From NCBI GenBank assembly GCA_003427395.1, contig BFEA01000034.1, positions 2,065,089-2,128,126 on the forward strand: a DNA stretch of 63,038 nucleotides. The letters run 5' to 3'. Source of the stretch: Chara braunii. Taxonomy: Eukaryota > Plantae > Charophyceae. Each line of letters starts with the position of its first letter. Positions within the stretch are counted from its first letter, which is position 1. The notes beneath the pieces were generated by a model that was not told where the DNA came from, searched no databases, and saw only the letters and a list, made by a program, of their open reading frames with translations. The translations under genes and the position numbers were made by a program. Shown piece by piece: positions 62,950 through 63,038 of the stretch.

Positions 62950-63038
62950 GGGGTGGTCGGCTATGGTGGATGGGTGTAGGTGATGGAGGTAGAAGAAGGG
63001 TCGGGGTGGTCGGCTATGGTGGATGGGTGTAGGTGATG
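62950..63038. repeat. 53-bp tandem repeat at the window end
   Basis: ggggtggtcggctatggtggatgggtgtaggtgatg at 62950 and 63003. Confidence 0.8.

Larger units (their letters stand above)
52381..63038 (-). mobile_element. Element C: B-related Ty3/Gypsy retrotransposon, 3'-truncated, 5' end probably outside the window
   Basis: Leader, accessory array, gag-PR and pol stub all lie on the minus strand. No PBS was recognised in the window. Confidence 0.75.

Overview
Eukaryotic, transposon-dense DNA. The style of the repeats suggests a charophyte alga such as Chara, but that is inference only. There is one likely host gene (2333-3229, + strand, a probable plastid-targeted protein with one C-terminal transmembrane helix). 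Almost all the rest is a nest of decayed retroelements. Element A has 2.6-2.7 kb LTRs (6238-8935 + and 34533-37139 -), a tRNA-Met PBS, gag-PR-RT-RH, no integrase core and a PHD-finger ORF. Element B is a large Ty3/Gypsy element (tRNA-Asp-type PBS, gag-PR 20964-25484, RT-RH-IN 25480-28560) nested in the gag of A. There is also a split LINE, a foldback MITE-like insert, and element C, a second B-like Gypsy on the minus strand (52381-63038). Main observation: B and C each carry a compact, same-strand array of paralogous accessory ORFs of unrecognised type upstream of gag (about 9 in B, 4 in C), and one family is clearly shared between the two elements. Both also show a UUU-stop with a +1 frame change at the same PR/RT boundary. 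Matching 4-bp target duplications allow reconstruction of a ~14 kb LTR-mediated inversion and of the insertion of a circularly permuted single-LTR copy of B.
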